Notes: generated from the sequence alone by a model not told the origin. DNA of 53,933 bases from Octopus sinensis (GCF_006345805.1 NW_021835412.1:1-53933), one strand, 5' to 3'. Shown: positions 11,939 through 23,769, counted from the stretch's first letter. Numbers and translations are program-made.

Positions 11939-12125
11939 ACAATACGAAGGGCACGATGTGATTGCAATAGATATTTTATTGGTTGAACGATGTTTCGACT
12001 TCTTTGTCGAGTTCAAAATGAAAAGTTATACTTAGAAATTCAAAATTATAGAAATTCAAATCCAAAATGCGAACGAGAGCAACCAGCGTTCCCGCGTTGA
12101 TGGAATGACATCATCAGTCTTCAAT
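11939..12125 (-). mobile_element. Short repeat 'family G' copy 1, probable PLE pseudo-LTR remnant with decayed hammerhead
   Basis: About 190 bp homologous to 44750-44945; minus strand ends in a hammerhead-like motif followed by AATAAA. Confidence 0.55.
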
Positions 12126-12344
12126 TTTCAAGTTTACAACTGGCAGGAAGATAATGAAAGATAAAAAGAAAAGAAAAGAAAAGAAAAACAGAAAAGGAAA
12201 AAGAAGAAGAATATTTAATCAAACAGTTTTGTGTAAATATAATGAAATTCTCCTGTCCTTTTATTCATTCCTTCAGGGCGTGATGTTAATAGCTTGCAGC
12301 CATATTTCTCCTCATGCATTTTGAGTGCTGAAAGTGTAGCAGTT

Positions 12345-12520
12345 TCAGAATATTTTCTGAGAATATACACATTCAAGTCTTTTTCAAAACTGTCGACTTT
12401 ACCTTTCATCCTTTCGGAGTCCATAAAATAAATACCAGTTGAATACTAGGGTTGATATAATCGACTCATTCCCTCCCGCCAAATTGCTGCCCTTGTAGCA
12501 AGATTTGAAACCATTATCAT
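12345..12520 (+). mobile_element. Diverged SINE family A fragment (tail A3)
   Basis: gtcgactttacctttcatcctttcggagtc...aaattgctgcccttgtagcaagatttgaaacc. Confidence 0.65.
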
Positions 12521-12531
12521 TATTATTATTA

Positions 12532-12760
12532 GGAGGTGAGCTGGCAGAATCGTCAGCACGTTGGACGAAATGCTTAGCAGTATTTCACCCGTTGTTACGT
12601 TCTGAGTTCAAATTCCGCCGGGGTCGACTTTGACTTTCATCCTTTCTAGGGTCGATAAAATAAGTACCAGGGAAACACTGGGGTTGATGTAATCGACTTG
12701 CGTCCTCCCCCGAAATTTCAGGTCTTGTGCCTATAGTAGAAAGGATTATTATTATTATTT
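12532..12760 (+). mobile_element. SINE family A, full length (tail A2)
   Basis: ggaggtgagctggcagaatcgtcagcacg...ttctgagttcaaattccgcc...cccccgaaatttcaggtcttgtgcctatagtagaaagg(att)n. Confidence 0.85.
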
Positions 12761-13210
12761 TTTTTTTAATGGCAAAGAATATTTTGGCTTGAGGTGATAA
12801 GCAGTGAATTATCTTCAGCTAGCTATCATGGCTAATCAGATTTTCTTCCGTTTCAGCTGACTGGTTGTAATCCTTGGTGTCGTTGATTATTGATGACCAC
12901 CCTCCACCGACTTCAAAACACTTTTCAGCCTTATGTCCAATATTCTAGCTAAACTTTACATTTACCTCGCTTCGCTTCCGACAATAATTGCTGTGGTTTG
13001 GACACTTTTTCCACAGTGATCGTGCTTCACTGAGCACCGTCAATTGACAAGAGAATATATAGGTACACACACACACGCACGCACACACACACACACACAA
13101 CACACACACACACATACACAAACACACACATTCTCTCTCTCTCACACACACACACATATGTGTATGTATGTATGTATGTATGTATGTATGTATGTATGTA
13201 TGTATGTATG

Positions 13211-13244
<34 letters not shown>

Positions 13245-13342
13245 TGTATGTAGGTTCCTTTGCTTAAATTTAAATATTTTTCAGTTTAAATTCGTATGTC
13301 TTTTATGGGAGAAATATCTAATGTTTCGGGCGAAGCTCTTCT

Positions 13343-13640
13343 GTGAAGGCTCGTGGCCCAGAATTTAAAGAGTCGGGCTTACGATCAATACATTGTAGGT
13401 TCGATTCCAGGACCGGGTGGCGCTCTGTGCCTTTAGACAAAGCCCTTCATTTCACGTTGGTCCAGTCCAGTCAGCTGAAAATTAGTCACAAACTGATATT
13501 GCTGCTGTCGCCCACTCTCCAGAATGTTCCGTAGAATCAAAGTCGATAAATTAAGTACCAGTGAAACACTGAGTTCGATGTAATCGACTAGTTCCCTGGC
13601 CGCAAATTTCAGGCCTTGTGCCTTTTAGTAGAAAGGTTTA
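13343..13640 (+). mobile_element. Diverged SINE family C head fused to the 3' half of SINE A (tail A2)
   Basis: B-box ggttcgattcc near 13378; the family A core resumes at gtcgataaattaagtaccag near 13541. Confidence 0.6.
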
Positions 13641-13734
13641 TTATAATAATTATTAAGGCTTCTCCCCGCCATCGCAAAACAAAAAGAGAAAAGAAATTCC
13701 TGCCTTTATGCCAAAATCTGAAACCGTTATTATT

Positions 13735-14350
13735 AAGGCGACAAGCTAACAGAATAGTTAGGAAATAATATTAGTATTGTGTTAAGGCGGCGAGCCGGCA
13801 GAAACGTTAGCATGCCTAGCGGTATTTCGTCTGCCGCTACGTTCTGAGTTCAAATTCCGCCGAGGTCGACTTTGCCTTTCATCCTTTCGGGGTCGATAAA
13901 TTAAGTACCAGTTACGCACTGGGGTCGATATAATCGACTTAATCCGTTTGTCTGTCCTTGTTTGTCCTCTCTGTGTTTAGCCTCTTGTGGGTAGTAAAGA
14001 AATAGGTATTTCGTCTGTCTTTACGTTCCGAGTTCAAATTCCGCCGAGGTCGACTTTGCCTTTCATCCTTTCGGGGTCGATAAATTAAGTACCAGTTACG
14101 CACTGGGGTCGATATAATCGACTTAATCTCTTTGTCTGTCCTTGTTTGTCCCCTCTATGTTTAGCCCCCTGTGGGCAATAAAGAAATAAGAATAGTTAGC
14201 TCGCTGGACAAAATGCGTAGCGGCAATTCGACAGTTTTTACGTTCAGAGTTGAAATGTCACACAGATCCATTTTTCTCTTTTTAACCTTCGGGTCGATAA
14301 AATGAAAAGTATCAATCAAATACTGGGATCGATGCAATTGACTAACCCAC
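13735..14350 (+). mobile_element. Old SINE A interrupted by a young dimeric SINE A (13786-14188)
   Basis: Host head at 13735-13761 and host body from 14189; 11-bp TSD AGAATAGTTAG at 13751-13761 and 14189-14199; inner 184-bp tandem repeat. Confidence 0.85.
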
Positions 14351-14533
14351 CAGCTCTTCTTTTAATTTCAACCTATTGGAAATTGAATTTGTATCACCAT
14401 TAAGGCTGCATGGTGGCAACATGGTTAAAGCGTCGGACAAAACTGGATTGGACAAAAATGTGCCGAAATTTGAAATAGTTGTTGTTTTGGTATACGTTGT
14501 GGTATATAAGTTGTTTGTTTTTTTTCATTAATA

Positions 14534-15006
14534 GGCCCATGAGTGGCTGTGTGGTAAGTAGCTTGCTTAACGTCCACATGATTCCGGGTTCAGTCCCACT
14601 GCGTGGCACCTTGGGCAAGTGTCTTCTACTATAGCCTCGGGCAGAGCAAAGCCTTGTGAGTGGATTTGGTAGACGGAAACTGAAAGAAGCCCGTCGTATA
14701 TATGTATATATATATATGTGTGTGTGTCTGTGTGTGTGTTTATACACTCACACACATATATATATATCACATATATATATATGTGTGTGTGTGTTTATGT
14801 GTGTTTGTCCCCGCCAACATCGCTTGACAACCGATGCTGGTGTGTTTACGTCCCCGTAACTTAGCGGTTCGGCAAAAGAGACCGATAGAATAAGTACTAG
14901 GCTTACAAAGAATAAGTCCTGGAGTCGATATGCTCGACGAAAGGCGGTGCTCCAGCATGGCCACAGCCAAATGACTGAAACAAGCAAAAGAGTAAAGAGA
15001 GTAAAA
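14534..15006 (+). mobile_element. SINE family B, full length
   Basis: High similarity to 2200-2604. Confidence 0.9.
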
Positions 15007-15612
15007 AGGAAAAAAAAAAGCAGAGAGGATGAAGAGATATCAACATACCCTTACCTAGGACCGAAAGCAATTCTGTTGATGAAACCTGACACCAATGAAA
15101 AACTCAGGTGTGTCTCGTATAAATAACAAGCAAAAACACCCGGTCAATCTCCCATGCACTATATTAACCTAAAACTCATATACACCCCAGTCACCGCCTT
15201 CCACCCTACCCAATCAATACAGGTATCATTTTGTGTTACTACAAAATACTATCAACCCCATCGCCACTGACATTACCGTCAGCACCCGGTTTCCAATTCA
15301 ACTTAGGTACATCTTTTAGCAAATCTCCTTTACCCTAAGATTTTACTTTGAGGTTTTTCATGGCTTTCATTTTAAGATGTAATGTGATCTAATGAAAGTC
15401 GAATATTATCAAGAAGTAATATCTTATATACATACATACATACATACGTACATACATACATACATACATACATACATACATACCTATAAACACACACAAA
15501 CACACACTAACACACACAGACACACATGCACACATACACACATGCACACATACACACTCACACGCACACATACGGACGGATAGAGGTGGGTGTCAATATT
15601 TTTCGTGTGTAT

Positions 15613-15647
<35 letters not shown>

Positions 15648-15767
15648 GCCGAAAGCGTTGTGTGCTCTTTTTCACACCCTTAATGAATTATGGGATTCAT
15701 AATAACTATGTGCTTCTAAGGCTGTGAACACACATACACACACGCACATACACAACCAGATAGACAA

Positions 15768-15831
<64 letters not shown>

Positions 15832-16494
15832 AATAATAGACACATGTAAATATGTATATATGTGCGTGTATGTACGTGTGTTGCTTCACTCCCCTGACAT
15901 ACACACACATACTTACACATACACACACACAGAGTTTTGATGTATGTATGTATGTTCATTAACATCTCACATACAAAGAAACCTAAGCATCCCTAGTCTC
16001 CTACGTGGTCTACTGTGCTGCAGCTGTTCGGGCAAAAGATAACATCTACAAAAGATAACACCTGGAGGATCTCACTCATACCTTCAAACCATGCGGCATT
16101 CGCCCAGCAGTGCAATTCTTGTAATACCACTATCCAGTTTGCACTGGTTGTCTTTCGTGTCACTTGACCCTCAAGCTTTCCCGCCTTCCAAACTAGCTGA
16201 TCCTTTAGGTCTCCTACCAAAATAATCTCCACTGAGTTCTCTTTTCCTCTCCTAAACAGGGATTTCCCTGTAAGCAAATAATTGGAAGACCTCCAATTTC
16301 GCCGATAGCTTTGCATCCAATTCCACGTTACTTATCCTTGGCCAGTCCCCGCCAAATCAACTCCGTTCTACTCCACCAGGATCCTCACTTGGCATATAGA
16401 TATGCCGATTGCGGAAACACCTCCAGCTGCTTCTAATAAATAAGGCCTCCAGCTCAATACCCAAGCGTTGCACAACAGAGCTTGTCCTTATACA

Positions 16495-16917
16495 GAATTG
16501 GCTGTGTGGTAAGAAGTCTGTTTCCATACTACGTGCTTCCGAGTTCAGCCCCATTGCGTAAAACCTTGGCCAAGTGTCTTTTAATATATCTTCGAACCGA
16601 CCAAAGCCTTGTGAGTGGATTTGGTAGACAAAGACTGAAAGAAGCCTGTCGTGTATGTGTGTGTATGTGTGTATGTCTGTATGCATGTATGCATGTGTGT
16701 GTGTTTGTGTCTGTGTTTGTAACCCCACCACCGCTTGACAACCAGTGTTGGTGGGTTTACGTCGCCGTAAGGTGGTGGTTCGACAAAAAGAGACCGACAG
16801 AGTAAGTACCAGGCTAAAACATAACTGCTAGAGTCGAGTCATTTAACTAAAACTTCTTCAAGTAGGTGCCCCAGCATTGCCACACTCTACTGGCTGAAAC
16901 AAGTGAAAGATAAAAGA
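16495..16917 (+). mobile_element. Diverged SINE family B
   Basis: ggctgtgtggtaagaag...gagttcagcccc...aaagccttgtgagtggatttggtaga...ctgaaacaagtgaaag. Confidence 0.8.
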
Positions 16918-17169
16918 TATATGCATGTGTATGCAATTAGTCAGGTGAAGACAGTGTTATTCAGTTACCTTACAAACACTTCAAGTATTTTGATTTATTG
17001 AAAATTTCTCATCAGATATTCAAACCAAAATCATGCTTATACAGATTTCAAAGATATTTTTTCTTTTTCTTCTACTGTTCAAACATCATATTCTTTCCTT
17101 TCGTAAGAATCTAATATCACATGCACCCACGAGTAAACTAAGTCTACATAATCATGTGGAATCATTAGT

Positions 17170-17320
17170 ACATGTCTACCAAGGCTTGTTCATAAATGGA
17201 ACTTTCATTTATGAAGTACGGAATCCTACTTCTGCTAAGCTAAACCTCAACATAACGCATAAACGGTTCGTAAGTAGGGCTGAAGGGAAGTTCAAACAAC
17301 GATTCTACAATCAGACATTT
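17170..17320 (+). mobile_element. Possible decayed Penelope-like GIY-YIG fragment
   Basis: FIYEVRN...FVSRAEGKFKQRFYNQ resembles the PLE IY...YIG.TE..FK.R.YNH pattern. Confidence 0.35.
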
Positions 17321-17384
17321 ATAAAATTTTTTCACAATATTGTCGAATAAAGTATATGATCTGAAGAATTACTTTTATAACAAG

Positions 17385-17852
17385 CAGGCATTTGCCTTAT
17401 TCTGAACGCCTTATTTCCATGGGCATGGATACATTGAGACTCCGACGTCTGGAAGCTGACTTGGCAGACACCCATAAAATTATCAACCATCTTACAAACA
17501 ATAACTCTGAGCACCTTTTCAAACTACACCTGTCTGACACCCGTGGACATGTTTATAAAGTCAGAAAACAGCACAGCTCCCATGACTTTCGGAAACACTT
17601 TTTCACGTTAAGAGTTGCTGAAGTATAGAACAAACTGCCGGCATCAGTTGTTAGTTGTCGAAGCACTGCATCCTTCAAAATTTCCATGCTTCCTGAGATT
17701 CGCCAACACTACACCTGATTTTCTGCCCTCCATACACACGCAAGCATGTATCTGGCTCATACACTGTTCACTTCCCAGACATTTGTACATTACTGCATAT
17801 GCTTTATACGCTTTATACGTTGTGGTGCACCTGAGCACTGTATACAATAATG

Positions 17853-17855
<3 letters not shown>
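17385..17855 (+). mobile_element. CR1-clade LINE 3' fragment
   Basis: YSERLISMGMDTLRLRRLEADL...TRGHVYKVRK...RKHFFTLRVAEV, then NKLPASVVSCRSTASFK; 3' UTR ending in (ATT)n. Confidence 0.85.
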
Positions 17856-17893
<38 letters not shown>

Positions 17894-18422
17894 GAGGAGA
17901 GCAGTGCATGCCATCAATGACACTGGGGTAAAATATACGAAGCCCAATATACCCATCATGACTACCCGTCTGATAAAGGTACACCAGGCACATGCATCAC
18001 AACCATTGTGCGCGACATGGTGATCTCATATCAAGATAAACAGCACATGACCTTCAGGTGGGGCCCAGTTAGATTTTCTTCAGGTTGAGTAGCCCATCCC
18101 GCTCAAGGTCCCTGAATAAGGATTGTTTAAGGATGTTGAAAGAACCACCCATGTTTCCAGAGGTGAATTATTCAAAACCCAAAGAATCCCTCTCAACACA
18201 TGGCTATGATGCCCCCCACTACTTCTGCTCGTGACAGAGATGCACATATCGTCAGCCACTAAGGGACATGCCAACTGGTTGGTCAAACAACTGACAAGCA
18301 AATCTGTGGTACTGAGCAGAATATTTGCTGTAGCCCATTTTATACCAAGACAAAACAATGTACATGATAACACTTCCAATCAGTTAAGATCAAGGCCATG
18401 AGAGCCACTGCCTGGTACTGCA
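17894..18422 (-). mobile_element. Family D non-coding (TAA)n-embedded retroposon, near full length
   Basis: Highly similar to 45767-46230, 49899-50452 and 50609-50873; (TTA)n on both sides; no ORF with recognisable domains. Confidence 0.85.
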
Positions 18423-18447
18423 ATTATTATTATTATTATTATTATTA

Positions 18448-18486
<39 letters not shown>

Positions 18487-19269
18487 TAACCACCAATATT
18501 CACACAAGGAAACAAAACCGACAACATGCTTTCAATATTTAGCATCGCCATGCACGCTTCACTAACGCTGTTTGGTACTTCTCGTAAAAAGCCACGAACA
18601 TATTTTTAACCGGTTATTCTCTGAACTGTTTGTAGCTAAACGAAAGCCATTACCTTATTGCAGTTTGCTTCTCTTTTGTCGTGCTAAGATTCACGCATTC
18701 AGATCTTTCTTGTCCTCATTAATTTCAATGGTATACCCTGGAAAGAAACATAATTTATTAGTTTTGAAATAAGAAAACTGATAAGAGATATCAAATTTTT
18801 TATATATTAAAGCTGATGATGACACAAACATAATGACAGATGCTGTTTGTGTCTTTTTTTATTCATGAAATGACCAGGGAATGAACTGTCGTCGTCGTCG
18901 TCGTCGTCGTCATATTGTTACATGGCAGCATTCTTAAGAATAGCTGAAGTAGTAGTAGCAGTAGCAGCAGTAGCAGTAGTAGGTAGACGAGATGGCACAG
19001 AGTGACATTTCTAAAGGTTGTTGCTGTAGTGGTTAGTGACAATAAGTAATGTGTCGTTCCTTTTGATTTAATGGTGGTGATGGTGGTGGTGGTGGTGGTG
19101 TAGTAGTAGTAGTAGTAGTAGTAGTAAGTAGTAGTAGTAGTTGTTGGTTTCGGTGGTGGTTTTTATAGCATATTCTTCTTTTTTTTTGTACAATTTCGGA
19201 AATACTATCTATGTTGTTGATGTACCTGTAACTATTGGTTATTGGTGGTGGTGGTGGTGGTAGTGATCT

Positions 19270-19386
19270 CAAGGAAAATGATGATAATGATGACGATTAG
19301 AAGGAGGACAAGAGATGATGAATCGGAAGAGGAGAGTGATAATCACGACCATCACGATCATCATCATTACAATCACCATCATCATT

Positions 19387-19432
<46 letters not shown>

Positions 19433-19479
19433 CCACCATCATCGTCGTCGTCGTCGTCGTCGTCATCATCATCATCATC

Positions 19480-19525
<46 letters not shown>

Positions 19526-19726
19526 CTATCGTTGTCATCGTTGACGTCGGCATCATTATCGGTCCAACACGATCGTAAATAAATGTACTTGTTTTTATCA
19601 TTCTTGCATACATTCCTACACTGTTTAATTTACTCTCTATATAAATCATACAGAAAAGATATAATGATAATATTAATAATAATAATAATAATGATGATGA
19701 TGATGATGATGATAATGATGATGATG

Positions 19727-19792
<66 letters not shown>
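19270..19792. repeat. Mosaic (CAT)/(CGT)/(GAT)/(AAT) trinucleotide tracts
   Basis: Directly visible. Confidence 0.9.
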
Positions 19793-19795
<3 letters not shown>

Positions 19796-20160
19796 GGGGC
19801 TGATAGCTACCTAACTCAGATACCAGGAAACCCAAAAATGGCAGAAGTTCAAAAGATAGTGCTCATGGGAATGCTCATATCCTACGCAAAATACTCTCTA
19901 TGTAACCTCAAGGTTTAAAACAACCATAATTTCGGTTTAAAGAGGAAGGAAAAAAAAAAACAAAAAAAAAAAAGAAAAAGGAAAAAAAAAACCCTTTTTT
20001 TTTTTTTTTTTTTAAACATTCATTAGTACAACATCCCCACCCCCCAAATATATGGCACACTAGCATAACAACAACATGAACTTCCAACCCTGTTGTCTCT
20101 TGAGGTCTCTGGTGAGACTTGGAGCCACTTGTAACAATATAAAGCAAAAGTCAAACATAG
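19793..20160 (+). mobile_element. R4/Dong LINE extreme 3' fragment (subfamily b) in (TAA)n
   Basis: KGADSYLTQIPGNPKMAEVQKIVLMG..HILRKILSM; 3' UTR interrupted by a poly(A)/poly(T) block; (AAT)n on both sides. Confidence 0.85.
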
Positions 20161-20275
20161 AATAATAATAATAATAATATAATAATAATAATAATATAAT
20201 AATAATAATAAATAATAATAATAATGATGATGTATAATAATAATAAAACTACAATAATAATAATAATAATATAAT

Positions 20276-20343
20276 CACATACCCAAGGCACACAGAGCTG
20301 CGCTCGGTAGTGAAGTGAAAGCACGCTATAAAAAATAAAACTA

Positions 20344-20347
<4 letters not shown>
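20276..20347 (+). mobile_element. 72-bp 3' tip of R4/Dong subfamily a in (TAA)n
   Basis: cacatacccaaggcacacagagctgcgctcggtagtgaagtgaaagcacgctataaaaaataaaactactga, nearly identical to 11753-11820. Confidence 0.85.
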
Positions 20348-20384
<37 letters not shown>

Positions 20385-20571
20385 TTATGATGATGATAGT
20401 TCAGTTTTGTTTCTTATTTCATGAAACAAATTTTATTACATCGATTAAATTTATTAAATATAAATATAAATTTATAAATACATACATACGTGTGTGTGAG
20501 TGTGTGTGTTTGTGTGTGTGTGAGCGCGCGCGTGTATTTCATTAATTGATACATTCTTTCATATGATTGAT

Positions 20572-20605
<34 letters not shown>

Positions 20606-20617
20606 TATTATATATAT

Positions 20618-20905
20618 CACGTGATCACGTGACCGACCAGGCTATCAGATGTTGCTACACATCGCTGGTCACAATGTGCTTCGCATTGTTTTAGCCTTCG
20701 AATGACGCCACCCCGCTGGCTAAGCGAGCAGGCCAATAGAAGAAAGAGTGAGAGAAAGTTGTGGTGAAAGAGTACAGCAGGATCGTCACCACCAACCCCC
20801 TGCCGGAGCCTCGTGGAGCTTTTTAGGTGTTTTCGCTCAATAAACACTCACAACGCCCGGTCTGCGAATCGAAACCGCGATCCTACGTCGGCGAGTTCGC
20901 TAGAG
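20618..20905 (-). mobile_element. tRNA-derived SINE family E, 5'-truncated
   Basis: Minus strand has B-box-like ggtttcgattc, then gaccgggcgttgtgagtgtttattgagcgaaaacacc (head shared with family C), ending cacgtgatcacgtga(ta)n. Confidence 0.65.
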
Positions 20906-21580
20906 GTTTCTAGAGCAAAAAAACCCCCAAAAAAAACGACAACGATGAAATAGTAATAAAAGTAAAATAAAAAAATAAAGGTTAAAAGAAATAAATAAAA
21001 ACACACACACACACACACATAAAAAAATATGGCGTTAGAGAAAAATTTATGGATGAGGAAAAGAAATTAGCAAAGTGGTAGGTCAGACCAGGAAGGTGAA
21101 AAAAAGCAACAAACAAAACAACGATAGAAATGGGGAGATGTATCTCTTATAAATATAAAGGATATAAAAATGAGAAATATGTAAAAAGGAAACAATAAAT
21201 ATTATAATACGAAGACGACGACAACAACAACAACAACATCACAAAGGGGGCAAGTACGAGTATATCATCGTAAATGCATTAACAATAATTATTGGATCGT
21301 GATAAATAAGAACGGTCGTCCCACCAATTTCGAATAGTCTTTTGAAATTCGATTAACGAAAGAGAACGAAACTGCAAGATAATAAAAATCGAGCGTGAAA
21401 TGATTTGTGTTGTGTGTGTGTGTATGTATGTTATATATATATGTATGTATATATTGTATATATATATATTTATAATATATATATTATATATATATATAAC
21501 TATATATATAATATATATATATAGATATATATATATATATATATATCTATATATATATATATATAATATATATATATATT

Positions 21581-21815
21581 TCGAAACGTTAGTAGATGAA
21601 ATCTTAGCGACTGAAGAAGGGGATTTGTTGTGCTTATTGTCCTGTCTCTCCTTTTTTTTGCTTGTCTTGTTCCTGGTTTGTGTCTATGTGTTTTCGTCTC
21701 TCTATGTGTTCGACGTCCTTTTTGGTGTCCTGTACACATATATGCGTGTATATGTACATGTAGAGGTAGGTACGTACATATATGTTTATATATATGCATA
21801 TATTCTATTTTATTA

Positions 21816-21828
<13 letters not shown>
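21581..21828. mobile_element. Unclassified (TA)n-flanked repeat 'family H' copy 1 (PLE-like end)
   Basis: Shares gaaac...ctga(a/t)gaaggggattt and gtgtcctgtac...ggtacgtacatatatgttt...tatgcatata with 31555-31915. Confidence 0.5.
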
Positions 21829-21867
<39 letters not shown>

Positions 21868-21890
21868 CACATACATACAAACATACATAT

Positions 21891-22098
21891 CTGGTAGAAT
21901 CGTTAGCACGCCGGGCGAAATGCTTAGCAGTATTTCGTCTGCGATTACGTTCTGAGTTCAAATTCCGCCGAGGCCGACTTTGCCTTTCGTCATTTCGGGG
22001 TCGATGAAATAAGTACCAGTTACGCACTGGGGTCAATATAATCGACTTAATCCGTTTGTCCCTTCTGTGTTTAGCCCCTTGTGGGTAGTAAAGAAATT
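21891..22098 (+). mobile_element. SINE family A (tail A1)
   Basis: gaatcgttagcacgccgggcgaaatgcttagc...gtttagccccttgtgggtagtaaagaaat. Confidence 0.9.
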
Positions 22099-22624
22099 AT
22101 ATATTATATAAAATCCGTTCTATCTGTCTGTGTGTAATGTCTTCTAGGATCTCGGACATCCTCCATCCGATTGCGGTTTTAGGGCGTGTATAGGTCTTGA
22201 AAACATTACAAAGATCGATTCCAGGTGAGAATGCGATCGATAAAGCCGTGGGAACGTGCATTTGTACGCGCAAATACATCAGCTGTTGCGATCGATACTA
22301 CGCGTACGCGAGAAAAATGCACGTGCAGTTTGCGCAAAAAAAGCCGACTGGCTTGAAATAATGCCACAAAATGCAGAATATTTAAGAGACCCAAAACTTA
22401 AAATGCAAAAGAGATATTTTCTTCAAACTTGGCATGAAGGAAGGAAAGACTATTTGGTTTCTCAAGAAGTTCCTTTCTTTGCCTTAATTTCGTTTAACAA
22501 AACTAAAAATTTTATTGAAATAAAGGTATGCTTAATTATTTTTTAATGAAAAGAAAACACTGATTGCTTTTTATTCAGCAGATATGATTCAGTACCGTCC
22601 ATTGGACGGGGGGCGTTTTGCTCG
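22099..22624 (+). mobile_element. Non-autonomous Helitron-like element
   Basis: 5' tatattatataaaatccgttctatctgtctgtgtgt; 3' hairpin CCGTCC-ATT-GGACGG (22595-22609) 11 nt before a CTCG|T terminus (CTRR-like). Confidence 0.6.
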
Positions 22625-22849
22625 TATAAATATGTATGTACATATATATATATGAAGAAACCAAATAGTCTTTCCTTCCGTTATGCCAAGTTTGAAGAAA
22701 ATATCTCTTTCGCATATATATATATATATATATATATATACGAACAAAAGTTTTCTTTCATCTTCTTTCATTTTCTTTCATTTTCTTTCATTTTCTTTCA
22801 TTTTCTTTCATTTTCTTTCTTCTACATCTTCTACATCTTCTATATCTCA

Positions 22850-23125
22850 ACAGATATATTTACCAAAATTACATTAAAATATCTTGAAATACTAAAGAGT
22901 AAATTTATTCAATAAAATCGCCATTGGCTTCAACCACAGCCTCCAGACGACTTCGGAATTTCCTGCAGCTCTCCTTGTTTAAATTGGTGAATAATCCTTG
23001 CCTTCAGTTCATCTTTTTTGTTACAAAGAGGTTTGTTGGTCTCTCGCCTCTCCACGCACTGAAAAATAGACGTCAAAAGACACTATTACCACCATAAATT
23101 CTCCGAGAAAAACACAACACATTAA
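22850..23125 (-). mobile_element. Tc1/mariner transposase C-terminal remnant
   Basis: Minus strand ERETNKPLCNKKDELKARI...FRSRLEAVVEANGDFIE*, typical of the C-terminal end of DDE Tc1-like transposases. Confidence 0.7.
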
Positions 23126-23131
23126 TAGGCT

Positions 23132-23531
23132 TACTCTTTTACTCTTTTACTTGTTTCAGTCATTTGACTGCGGCCATGCTGGAGCACCGCCTTTAATCGA
23201 GCAACTCGACCCCGGGACTTATTCTTTTGTAAGCCCAGTACTTATTCTATCGGTGTCTTTTGCCGAACCGCTTAGTAACGGGGACATAAATACACCAGCA
23301 TCGGTTATCAAGCAATGGTAGAGGGACAAACACAGACACACAAACACACCCACGCATATATATACATATATACGACGGGCTTCTTTCAGTTTCCGTCTAC
23401 CAAATCCACTCACAAGGCATTGGTCGGCCCGAGGCTATAGTAGAAGACACTTGCCCAAGGTGCCACGCAGTGGGACTGAACCCGGAACCATGTGGTTGGT
23501 AAACAAGCTACTTACCACACAGCCACTCCTG
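23132..23531 (-). mobile_element. SINE family B, young full-length copy
   Basis: Close match to the consensus of the other copies. Confidence 0.9.
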
Positions 23532-23631
23532 AAAAAAGAAAATGAAAAACAATTTAAGAAGATGAAAGAAACTTTGGTTTTATATATATATATCTATATA
23601 TATATACATATAATATATATATATATATAAA

Positions 23632-23700
<69 letters not shown>

Positions 23701-23723
23701 GATATATATATAGATATATTGTG

Positions 23724-23754
<31 letters not shown>

Positions 23755-23769
23755 GGCAGGTGTGGGCTG

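Noticed and set aside
15993-16490. 107-aa ORF and unique-looking sequence
   Set aside because: No motif I can recognise in any frame; possibly an old mobile-element fragment, but unsupported without a search.
21581-21625. Possible permuted (type II) hammerhead GAAACGTT...CTGAAGAAGGGG; also 31620-31660
   Set aside because: Helix I does not pair in either copy; kept only as a low-interest family H note.
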